DNA of 64,000 bases from contig OY761614.1 of assembly GCA_963664825.1 (NCBI GenBank), positions 608,001-672,000 of the forward strand. Direction: 5' to 3'. How positions within the stretch are numbered: the stretch's first letter is position 1; every line of letters begins with the position of its first letter. Below are positions 18,593 through 27,054 of the stretch, piece by piece. A program made the position numbers and the translations under genes. This stretch comes from an uncultured Holophaga sp. Lineage in GTDB: Bacteria > Acidobacteriota > Holophagae > Holophagales > Holophagaceae. The notes under the pieces were generated by a model. That model had not been told where the DNA came from. It ran no database searches and worked only from the letters and a program-made list of their open reading frames with translations.

Positions 18593-18741
18593 GCGCGAAG
18601 CAGGAGCAGAGCGCCACCGTGCGCAGCACGGCCCCGAAGGGGTGCCGCGCAGGGAGATGTCGCGTGAGCGCGAAGCAGGAGCGGAGCGCCACTTTGCCGA
18701 AGGCAAAGCCCGAAGGGCGCGGCACAGGATGTGCCGCGTGA
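18589..18741 (+). repeat. two tandem hairpin-rich units (75 nt and 74 nt) bounded by GTGA, read as a 50-codon mini-ORF
   Basis: Units start at 18589 and 18664, with 28/29 identity over the first 29 nt. GTGA occurs at 18589, 18664 and 18738. Several stems close GNA triloops. Confidence 0.85.
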
Positions 18742-21700
18742 AGCCCCTCCGTCTCGTCCTCCAGGCCTTCGGCCCCTACGCGGGCCGCCAGGAACTGAAT
18801 TTCGCCGATCTCCAGGGCCAGGATTTCTTCCTCATCCATGGGCCCACGGGCGCAGGCAAGACCAGCATCCTGGATGGCCTCAGCTATGCCCTCTATGGGG
18901 AAACCAGCGGCGGCCTGCGGGAGGCCAGGGATATGCGCAGCCACTTCGCCGATCCCGCCCTGGAGACCCGGGTGCGCTTCGAGTTTCAGCTGGGGGACCA
19001 GATCTACCGCGTGGATCGCTGCCCGGAACAGATGGTCCCCAAACAGCGGGGCGGGGGCCTGAAGAAACAGAGCTACACCGCCAATCTGTGGGTCATGGAG
19101 GCGGGGGAGGCCACCCCCCTGGCCACGGAGAAACCCACGGCGGTCGATGCCCGGGTGATCGAGCTCATGGGCTTCAAGGCCAGCCAGTTCCGGCAGGTGG
19201 TGCTCCTGCCCCAGGGGCGCTTCCAGGAATTCATGCTGGCGGGTTCCACCGAGCGTCAGGCCATCCTCCAGGTGCTCTTCCAGACCGAGCGCTATGCCCG
19301 CATCACCCAGGCCCTCACCGACGAGGAGAAGGCCCTGAAGGAGGCCATGAGGGCCACCCTGGCCGAATCGCGGCAGCTGCTGGAACAGGTGGGAGTGGAA
19401 TCCGTGGAGGAGCTGCCCGGCCTCATCCGGGAGGCCGAGCACCGAGGGGCCCTACTCAAGCAGGAGCAGGAGAGCGTCATCGAAGCCGCCGCCGCCGTCG
19501 CGAGTGCGCTCCAGGAGGGCCTCCGCGCGGAGACCCTGGTCAAGGAGCAGGACGCGGCCATCGCCGAGCGGGCCGAACTCGGCGCCCGGACCCAGAGCAT
19601 GGACGTGCGCCGCACGGAATTGGAGCGCGCCCAGCGGACCGAATCCATCCTCCCGGCCGCCCGTCGCCTTCAGGAGGCCCAGGACCGCACCCGCGATCTG
19701 CGGGAGGAGGAAGGGCGCCTGGCCGAAATTTCCGAAGTCCAGGCCCAGACCCTCGCCACCTCCGAAGCACGGCTCACCCAAACCCTGGGACAGGAGATCC
19801 GGCGGGAGGAACTGCGCCACAGCATCGCCCGGCTCAAGGAGCTCGAGCCCAAGCTCGCGGCCCTGGAGGAATCCCGCAGGGAGGTCCGCAGTTCCGCCCT
19901 GGAGCGGGGACGCCTGGAGGACGAGGTTTCCGAGGGCAGGCGCCAGGGCGAACGCATGGGACAGGCCCTGGCCAAGCTCCAGGAGCAGCGCCAGGAACTT
20001 CAGGCCCAGGCCGACCAGGCCGATGCCCGGGAACACCTGCTCTATCTCGTCAAGAAGCAGCGGGGCCAGCGCGATGAGCTAGAGCGCTACTGGATGCAGG
20101 CCAAGGATGCCAAGGCGGCCCTCGAGGAAGCCGAGGCCACCCTCGCCTCCACCCGGGAGGAGCGAAGCGCCGCCCAAGAGGCCCTCCAGCACATCCTGGC
20201 CCGTCGCCAGGAGGCCCAGGCCGCTTCCCTGGCCCGCCATCTGGAGCCCGGAGCCCCCTGCCCCGTCTGCGGCAGCACCGAACACCCCATTCCCGCCCAG
20301 AGCGGGGCCGATCTGCCGGACGAAGATTCCGTCCACCTCGCCCAGGACCGCTTCGATCTCAGCGAAGCCTCCCTGTCCAGGGCCCAGGAGAACGCCCAGC
20401 AGCGCCACATCACCTACGAAGGGCTGCGCGCCCGCACCGACGGGCTCCTGGACGCCCTCGGAGACCTGGCCGAACAGCCCGCCGAAGTCTTCCAGGCCCA
20501 GGAGGCCGAGCGGCGTGCCGACCTGGAACGAAGCCGGAATGCCAGCACCCGGTTGCCCAGCCTGGAACTGGATGTGGCCGACGCCGAAGGGCGAAAGGCC
20601 ACTGCGGACCAGACTCTGGACGCGAGCCTGCTGCGACTGGATGAGCTGCGCACACGGGAGACGGAGGCCAAGGCCAAGGTCCGCTTCCTGGAGGAGAGCC
20701 TCCTCTCCGAACTCCGCGCCCCCGGGGCCCTCTCCACCCGGCGGGAGCAGGCCGAGCGTGAACTGGCCGAATCCGAACGGGAATTCCAGGAGTCCAGGGA
20801 CGCCCGGGACGCCGCCCAGGGCCAGTCCCACGAATCCAGGGCCCGGCTGGAGGCCCACCGGGAGCGCATGCGCGATGGGTTGGGCGAGATCAGCCGCTGC
20901 GAACTCGAACTGGACGAGGCTCTCGCCACCGCCCGCTTCCGGGATCGTTCGGACTTCGATCTGGCCAAGCGGCCCCAGGCAGACCAGGAAGCCATGGCCC
21001 AGGAACTGGAGAGCTTCGCCTCGGCCCTCCAATCGGCCGAGGACCGCCTCCGGCGGGCCCAGGAACAGGCCCGGGACATCGTGGCCCCGGATCTAGCCGC
21101 CCTCCGGGCCGCGGTGGAGGCCGCCCAGGCTCGGCTCTCCCGGGCGGGGGAGGAGCTGGGTCAGGCCCAGGGCCACCTCGAGAACCTGAGCAGGGTGAAG
21201 GGGATCCTGGAGGCCAAGGATACGGAAATCGCATCCATGGACCGCCGCTACCGCGTGCTGGGTCGGCTCGCCCGAGCCGCCAAGGGCGAAGAGGGTCCGC
21301 GCATCTCCTTCGAACGCTATGTCCAGGGCGCCATCTTGGACGAGGTGCTGATCTCGGCCAGCGAGCGGCTGCGCAAGATGAGCAAGCAACGCTACGCCCT
21401 GCGCCGGGCCCTGGGGGCCGGCGATCTCCGCAAGGCCGGGGGCCTCGATCTCGAAGTGACCGACACCCATACCGGACGGGCCCGGGCCGTGAGCACCCTC
21501 TCGGGCGGCGAGGGCTTCCTGGCCAGCCTGGCCCTGGCCCTGGGCCTATCGGATGTGGTCCAGCGCAATGCCGGCGGCATCCGTCTCGACACAGTCTTCA
21601 TCGACGAGGGCTTCGGCAGCCTGGACCAGGAATCCCTGGATCTGGCCCTGCGCACCCTGGAAGAACTCAAGCAGGGCGGGCGTCTCGTGGGGCTCATCTC

Positions 21701-21791
21701 CCACCTCGAGGAGGTCAAGGCCCGCATCCCCGCCCGCCTGGAAGTCATCCCCGGCCCCGGCGGCAGCCGCGCCGAATTCAAAGTGGGCTGA
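18738..21791 (+). CDS. sbcC: exonuclease SbcCD ATPase subunit C (SMC/Rad50 family)
   Basis: (M)KPLRLVLQAFGPY N-terminus, Walker A GPTGAGKT, Zn-hook CPVCG, LSGGE, FIDEGFGSLD and long coiled coils. GTG start at 18738. Confidence 0.95.
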   Translation: MKPLRLVLQAFGPYAGRQELNFADLQGQDFFLIHGPTGAGKTSILDGLSYALYGETSGGLREARDMRSHFADPALETRVRFEFQLGDQIYRVDRCPEQMVPKQRGGGLKKQSYTANLWVMEAGEATPLATEKPTAVDARVIELMGFKASQFRQVVLLPQGRFQEFMLAGSTERQAILQVLFQTERYARITQALTDEEKALKEAMRATLAESRQLLEQVGVESVEELPGLIREAEHRGALLKQEQESVIEAAAAVASALQEGLRAETLVKEQDAAIAERAELGARTQSMDVRRTELERAQRTESILPAARRLQEAQDRTRDLREEEGRLAEISEVQAQTLATSEARLTQTLGQEIRREELRHSIARLKELEPKLAALEESRREVRSSALERGRLEDEVSEGRRQGERMGQALAKLQEQRQELQAQADQADAREHLLYLVKKQRGQRDELERYWMQAKDAKAALEEAEATLASTREERSAAQEALQHILARRQEAQAASLARHLEPGAPCPVCGSTEHPIPAQSGADLPDEDSVHLAQDRFDLSEASLSRAQENAQQRHITYEGLRARTDGLLDALGDLAEQPAEVFQAQEAERRADLERSRNASTRLPSLELDVADAEGRKATADQTLDASLLRLDELRTRETEAKAKVRFLEESLLSELRAPGALSTRREQAERELAESEREFQESRDARDAAQGQSHESRARLEAHRERMRDGLGEISRCELELDEALATARFRDRSDFDLAKRPQADQEAMAQELESFASALQSAEDRLRRAQEQARDIVAPDLAALRAAVEAAQARLSRAGEELGQAQGHLENLSRVKGILEAKDTEIASMDRRYRVLGRLARAAKGEEGPRISFERYVQGAILDEVLISASERLRKMSKQRYALRRALGAGDLRKAGGLDLEVTDTHTGRARAVSTLSGGEGFLASLALALGLSDVVQRNAGGIRLDTVFIDEGFGSLDQESLDLALRTLEELKQGGRLVGLISHLEEVKARIPARLEVIPGPGGSRAEFKVG

Positions 21792-21800
21792 TCGAAAGGA

Positions 21801-22526
21801 CTATCTCCGGATCCGCTCGATGAGGGATTCCACGGCCCCCAAGAGATCCAGAAGGCCCGGCCCCGAGGGACGGGTCTCCGCCTCCAGCCAGCCTCCCGTA
21901 GAAGGCAGGGGAGCCGCCAGCTGGGCCTGGCGCTTGCTGTCTTCCAGTTCCTGGATCTGGCGCTCCCGGGACCTGTCCAGGCCCCCGGCTTCGATGAAGG
22001 CCAGCACCCGGCGCAGCTCATCCCGATCGAACCAGAGCCCATGCTGCTTGCAGGCATCCAGGACCACCCCCGAGATGCGGCCGTAATTGGTGCGGTTCAT
22101 GAGATGCCCGCACTCGGGACATGGGCGGTAGCGCACGTTCGTCTCCAGCACCTCGGCCTTCTCGGGGGCCCCGGGCAGGGCCCCCAACACCTCTCCCCGC
22201 TCCTCGCGATCCGCCGCCAGGCGCTCGAAGAGCTGAAGGGGCAGCCACAGTCCCCCGCAGCGATGGCACTGCTCCAGCTGAAGGGCCCCCACGGTGCTGG
22301 CCGCCAGGGGAATCCGGCACTCCGGGCAGGCGTGCTGGGTGGCCGATTCCGCCTGGACCTGGATCGCGGTGCCGCAATGGGGGCAATGCTGGGTCCCTAA
22401 AGATACGAGCCCGAAGCAATGAGGACAGGCCACGGTGGCCAGCTGGGAATGGCAGTAGGGGCACTGGAGAGCATCCCCCCCCACGCTGGCGCCGCAGGAG
22501 GGGCAGCGGAAGGTCGCGGCCTCCAT
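21801..22526 (-). CDS. multi-zinc-ribbon protein (double zinc ribbon plus two zf-TFIIB-like domains)
   Basis: CPSC/CPYC/CPHC/CPHC, then CPEC..CHRCGGLW and CPEC..CKQHGLWFDRDEL. Confidence 0.85.
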   Translation of the reverse strand: MEAATFRCPSCGASVGGDALQCPYCHSQLATVACPHCFGLVSLGTQHCPHCGTAIQVQAESATQHACPECRIPLAASTVGALQLEQCHRCGGLWLPLQLFERLAADREERGEVLGALPGAPEKAEVLETNVRYRPCPECGHLMNRTNYGRISGVVLDACKQHGLWFDRDELRRVLAFIEAGGLDRSRERQIQELEDSKRQAQLAAPLPSTGGWLEAETRPSGPGLLDLLGAVESLIERIRR

Positions 22527-22528
22527 CC

Positions 22529-23356
22529 CTAACCCCTGGGGGAAGGCTCGGGAGCCTTGGGCGCTTCAGGGGGCGTAGGGGGTTCTGGAACCACAGGCGC
22601 CTTGGGGGCCACGGCCGGTTTGGGCTCAAGCGTCCCGGCCTGCGGGGCCTCGGTGGGGCGCTCGTCCTCCTGCTTCACACCGTACCAGCGGGGCTGGGGC
22701 AAGGGCATCCAGTTGAAGTGCTCCTGGATCTTGAAGACGACCACCCGGGAGAAGGCCTTGGCCTCCTCCTCCCGGATACGGGATTCGTCATCCTGTTCCC
22801 CCCTGCGGATAGGATCCATGGCCTCGATGACCTCATCGGGCTCCACGGAAAAACTATCCAGGGGCTCGGGATCTCCGGCGCGGTAGAGGGCCACTTGGGC
22901 CTCCATCCGCTGGGGACGATAGCCCAGACGGGCCATGTCGTGGCGCCGGGTCGCCGAAGCGTGGCCACCGGCCCAGAGGCCCCAGAAGAATCCATCGAAG
23001 ACCGCATCCCGGTTCCCAGCCATGGCGCTCAGCGCACCCACGGCCACGCCCGTGATGGCGCCCACGGCCGCCGGGGAGGGATCGGAACCCCCGCCCCGCA
23101 GTTCGGTGATGGCGACCCTCAATTCGGCGGCATTCGCGGGCGCCTTCATGCCCTCGGGCACCACCACCGTGCGGGTGGCCAGCTTGGCCCGGAGGGCCGC
23201 GGCATATTCCTGCTTCACCTCCACCCCCGTCGGGACATTCCCGGGAATGGTGAAGGACACCACGATGGGGGCCGGGTTCCGCTTGAAGGCCTCCACTTCG
23301 GGACGCTGACAGGCCAGGAGGAAAAGGAGGGGCAGAGCGGCAAGCATGCGTTTCAT
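22529..23356 (-). CDS. hypothetical lipoprotein with Pro-rich tail
   Basis: MKRMLAALPLLFLLAC lipobox, glycine-zipper-like central segment and PxPP-rich C-terminus. Confidence 0.75.
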   Translation of the reverse strand: MKRMLAALPLLFLLACQRPEVEAFKRNPAPIVVSFTIPGNVPTGVEVKQEYAAALRAKLATRTVVVPEGMKAPANAAELRVAITELRGGGSDPSPAAVGAITGVAVGALSAMAGNRDAVFDGFFWGLWAGGHASATRRHDMARLGYRPQRMEAQVALYRAGDPEPLDSFSVEPDEVIEAMDPIRRGEQDDESRIREEEAKAFSRVVVFKIQEHFNWMPLPQPRWYGVKQEDERPTEAPQAGTLEPKPAVAPKAPVVPEPPTPPEAPKAPEPSPRG

Positions 23357-23523
23357 GGGGGACCTCTCACATCTCATGACGAAGGATTGCGGAAAATTCC
23401 CAGGATTCAAGGGCGTCCATTCCAAATCCTACCCCTATGGATCAGGGAAGGTGATGCCGAGGGCCGAATTGCCGAAATCCCAGGCCGGGTGGATTCCCTC
23501 TACCATGTTCAAGGAGTGAAGCG

Positions 23524-24558
23524 ATGCTCATCCTCATGGAACGCGGCGCCACGCCGCAGCAGATCCAGGCCGTTCTCGCAGTCCTCGAGGCGGCGGGGGT
23601 GCGGGCCCACATCCAGGAAAGTCCCGGCGCCCTCAGCGTCCTGGCCCCCCATGCCTCCCAGGCCCTGAAGCCGGACCGCATCGAGCCCATGGGAGGCGTC
23701 GCCAAGGTCGTGCCCATCACCTCCCCCTACAAGCTGGCGGGGACGGATGTGACCGCGGGACGCACTGTCGTAGAGGTCCGGGGCGTCCGCATCGGCGGGG
23801 AAGAACTGGCCATCGCGGCCGGTCCCTGTGGCGTCGAGAGCCGCGAGCAGCTCTTCAACGTGGCGCGCTATGTGGCGGAGAGCGGCGTGAAGCTCCTGAG
23901 GGCAGGCGCCTTCAAACCCCGCACGAGCCCCTATGCCTTCCAGGGCCTGGGCCTGGAGGCCTTGAGGCTGCTGGAAGAAGCCCGGGAGACCTTCGATCTG
24001 GGCCTGGTGATCGAAGCCACCGAGGTGGAGACCTTCGATGAGGTGGAGCGGGTGGCCGATCTGGTGCAACTGGGCGCCCGCAATATGCAGAACTTCGCCC
24101 TCCTCCGGCGCGCGGGGCGATCCGAAAAGCCCATTCTCCTCAAGCGAGGCCCCGCCGCCACCCTGGAGGAATGGCTCTTCGCAGCCGAATACGTGCTCTC
24201 CGAAGGCAATCGCAACGTGATCCTCTGTGAGCGCGGCATCCGCACCTGGGCCGATCACGCCCGCAACACCCTGGATGTGAGTGTCATCCCAGCCGCCAAG
24301 GCCCTCACCCACCTGCCGATCATCGCCGATCCCAGCCACGCCGCGGGGCGCCGGGATCTCGTCATTCCATGCGCCCGGGCCGCCGTGGCCGCGGGCGCCG
24401 ATGGCCTGCTGGTGGAAACCCACTGCCAACCTGACCAGGCCCTCAGCGACGGGCCCCAGGCCCTCCTGCCTTCGGATTTCCTCCAGATGGTCGAGCAGGT
24501 CCGCGGCATCCACGCAGTCGTGCGCGGCATCGAGAAGCGGGCCCAGCTGCTGTTCTAG
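23524..24558 (+). CDS. aroF: 3-deoxy-7-phosphoheptulonate (DAHP) synthase, class I-beta, with N-terminal regulatory domain
   Basis: AGPCGVE, AFKPRTSPYAFQG, GARNMQNF, LCERGIR and DPSH motifs. Confidence 0.95.
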   Translation: MLILMERGATPQQIQAVLAVLEAAGVRAHIQESPGALSVLAPHASQALKPDRIEPMGGVAKVVPITSPYKLAGTDVTAGRTVVEVRGVRIGGEELAIAAGPCGVESREQLFNVARYVAESGVKLLRAGAFKPRTSPYAFQGLGLEALRLLEEARETFDLGLVIEATEVETFDEVERVADLVQLGARNMQNFALLRRAGRSEKPILLKRGPAATLEEWLFAAEYVLSEGNRNVILCERGIRTWADHARNTLDVSVIPAAKALTHLPIIADPSHAAGRRDLVIPCARAAVAAGADGLLVETHCQPDQALSDGPQALLPSDFLQMVEQVRGIHAVVRGIEKRAQLLF

Positions 24559-24605
24559 GAGCCTTCCGAAAGAGCTGGGCCAGGACTTGGGTATTCCAGG
24601 GGCTG

Positions 24606-25376
24606 CTAGAACCTGACGACGACGCCGAAGCCCGCTCCCGAACGCTTGATGTTGAGGATCAGATCGTCCTTGATGGAGCCCTTCGGCACATCGAAATTTT
24701 CATCGTCCAGGAAAGCCCTCAAGCCGAGCCAATCCAAGGGGAAGTAGCGCAAGTCACCCTGCCAGCGGTGATAGCTGGCGCCCTTGTAGCGCAGGAAGTG
24801 GAAGCCCACGCGGGCCACGATGCGATCGCCGAAGGCCTTGCCGCCCACGGCTAGGCCCAGCTGGGGAATGGGCACGGGGATCTTCTCGGCGGCCGTGGTG
24901 GGGGCCGTGTCGCCGGGGAGCACGCCGGAGGCCTTCATGTCCAGGTCCCAGACATGGGCGCCGAGATCCACGCCGATCCAGGCCTGTTCCCACGTCAGGG
25001 CGCGAATGGTCCAGTTCAGGTCATAGCTCTTGAGCTTGACCAGGGAGTCCACCCGAGTGCCCACGGGATAGTCCTTGCCGTCCAGGCTCACCGTGCGCGT
25101 GACGGTGGCGCTGCCCTTGTAGTCCTGGGCATCGGTAGAGAGCGTGAACCCGAAGCGGTGGCCCTGGTATTCGAGAGCCACGCCGGGACGGGTCTTGTCC
25201 CTCTCCAGGGCCAGATCGTTCTTGAGATCGAAGGAGATGGGCTGGCCGTCCTCCGTGCCCTCGAAATGCCCTTCCAGGGTGGAGGGGAGGCCATGGAGCG
25301 CGAAGCTCCACTTCCGCTCCGGCACCTGGGCCACCAGAGGCAAGGTGGCGAGAAGGAATAAGGCCACAGCGCGCAT
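24606..25376 (-). CDS. putative outer-membrane beta-barrel protein
   Basis: Signal peptide, alternating amphipathic strands and C-terminal ...VVVRF (BAM-type signal). Confidence 0.7.
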   Translation of the reverse strand: MRAVALFLLATLPLVAQVPERKWSFALHGLPSTLEGHFEGTEDGQPISFDLKNDLALERDKTRPGVALEYQGHRFGFTLSTDAQDYKGSATVTRTVSLDGKDYPVGTRVDSLVKLKSYDLNWTIRALTWEQAWIGVDLGAHVWDLDMKASGVLPGDTAPTTAAEKIPVPIPQLGLAVGGKAFGDRIVARVGFHFLRYKGASYHRWQGDLRYFPLDWLGLRAFLDDENFDVPKGSIKDDLILNIKRSGAGFGVVVRF

Positions 25377-25465
25377 GGGTTCTCCTCTAGGGGGGGCTTC
25401 GTTCCCCTATCGGACCCTTGGGCTTCCAGCATGAGAATGAGGGAGATCCCGCGTCTATGCCCGGA

Positions 25466-26974
25466 TTACGGAGTGATCAAACCCGATACCACGTCCGCAT
25501 AGCCATAGGGCAGGGTGCAGCGGTAAGGAGCGGAGAGCATGTCCAGGCCCTGCTGGATCACCCGGATCCGGAAGACATAGGTGTTGCCCGCCACGAGAAT
25601 GCCGGGAGGTGTCGACCCACTGGTGGCCGGTCTGCGCAAATCGGCCACCACGGTGCCCTCGGTAGAATTACCCACCGCGTCGAGTCGGTAGATGGTCACG
25701 ATATATCCCGAGGGTGAACCCAAGGAAGGCACCTCCCAGGAGAGGGTGGGCGTCAGCCCCACGCCGCTCCTGTCCGCCAGCAGACCGAGGTCGTTGATCT
25801 TGGGGTTCAGCACAGGCGTCACTAGGGGGCGCAGAGGCGCGGTGGCCGTGGGTAGCGTGGTGGTATTCACCGAGATCGTGGCGTCCAGATTCCAAGGCGC
25901 CGTCGTGCCAGGAAGGGTGTAGCTGTTCAGGTAGGCGCAGGACGCTTCGAGGACCTTATCCCAGGCGGAGGGGTAGGGATTCCCGTAGGAGATTTCCCCC
26001 AGATCGAAATCGTTGGTGAAGGGGATATAGGGGAAAAAGTCCGCCAGATCCCCCGAATACCCGGCGGAAATGATCCCCTTGGCCGCCGTGAGATAGAAGG
26101 CCTGATCGGAAAGCTCGGCGCTGGGGCCCATGATCGCGGCGTTGGGCGTAAATTCCGAGGCTTTCACATTGAGGCGGAGGGTTCCCGTCTGAGGGAGGGC
26201 CACAAAGGAGCCGTTGAGCGTGGTGCTCTGAGCATCCACCTGGGTGTACGAGGCCGGTTCGAACACCCTTTGCGCCACTTGGTACAACCAATTGGCATCA
26301 GAAGTGCCGACCATCTGCACCAGATAGGGATGATCGCCCTTGGCCCCATCGTTCAAATGGGAGGGATTGGGGGAGAACCAGTCGATCGTCAGACCGGCCA
26401 GGGCAGTGGCGCCATCGGTGGGGGCGTTCCCGCGGGCATACCCTTCAAGCCCGTAGATGTAATCGTTAGCGTTGTAGTTGTAAAAGAGGAGATTATCCGC
26501 GCTGGAATTCCAGGGATTTAGGTTCGAGACGTTGAAGACCACATCCGTGCTCTTGGATGGAAGCTGAGCGTCCCTTCGCCCGCCCAGATCCTGGCCCAGG
26601 TCGAGGCTGACCTTATGGGTCCAAAGGTACAGAGAACCGAATTTGAGCCAGTAATACCCCGTGGGCGTGGCGTTGATGCTGAAGGTGCCGTCAGCCTTGC
26701 CGCCCCCCACCACCGTGGTATACCCACCCAAGCCATCGGGGATCAGGGCGGCGATGCTACCGGAGGGATATTCCGCGGGATTGGAAAGATCCACAGGCTG
26801 AGGAACATCCCCCGCGCTGAGGGTGTGGTAATTGGAAATGCAGGTGCCCTGGATGATCGTGGGAGTGGGGGGCGGGGGGGTCTTGTGCCCACCACCTCCA
26901 CAGGCGAGTGCCATCCCACCCACCAGGGCCGAGATCGGAATCACATGAGAGAGCGCGCCTGCGAACTTCATCAT
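25466..26974 (-). CDS. hypothetical beta-sandwich lipoprotein
   Basis: GGAGG RBS, lipobox ALAC followed by GGGG-PPPP linker, FN3-like C-terminal region. Confidence 0.75.
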   Translation of the reverse strand: MMKFAGALSHVIPISALVGGMALACGGGGHKTPPPPTPTIIQGTCISNYHTLSAGDVPQPVDLSNPAEYPSGSIAALIPDGLGGYTTVVGGGKADGTFSINATPTGYYWLKFGSLYLWTHKVSLDLGQDLGGRRDAQLPSKSTDVVFNVSNLNPWNSSADNLLFYNYNANDYIYGLEGYARGNAPTDGATALAGLTIDWFSPNPSHLNDGAKGDHPYLVQMVGTSDANWLYQVAQRVFEPASYTQVDAQSTTLNGSFVALPQTGTLRLNVKASEFTPNAAIMGPSAELSDQAFYLTAAKGIISAGYSGDLADFFPYIPFTNDFDLGEISYGNPYPSAWDKVLEASCAYLNSYTLPGTTAPWNLDATISVNTTTLPTATAPLRPLVTPVLNPKINDLGLLADRSGVGLTPTLSWEVPSLGSPSGYIVTIYRLDAVGNSTEGTVVADLRRPATSGSTPPGILVAGNTYVFRIRVIQQGLDMLSAPYRCTLPYGYADVVSGLITP

Positions 26975-27054
26975 GAGATTCCTCCACATAAGAGTCGAAT
27001 TCTTTGCAGGGTGAACGAAGGTTTGGCATTCCATCTAAAGGTGAATGCGAAGGT

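Noticed and set aside
18642..18737. N-terminal extension of SbcC given in the ORF track
   Set aside because: It derives from the repeat element. The family-typical N-terminus starts at GTG 18738.
18589..18741. Repeat-spacer-repeat pattern as a mini CRISPR array
   Set aside because: There are only two repeats, the 'spacers' are structurally homologous hairpin sets rather than unique sequences, and no cas genes are in the window.
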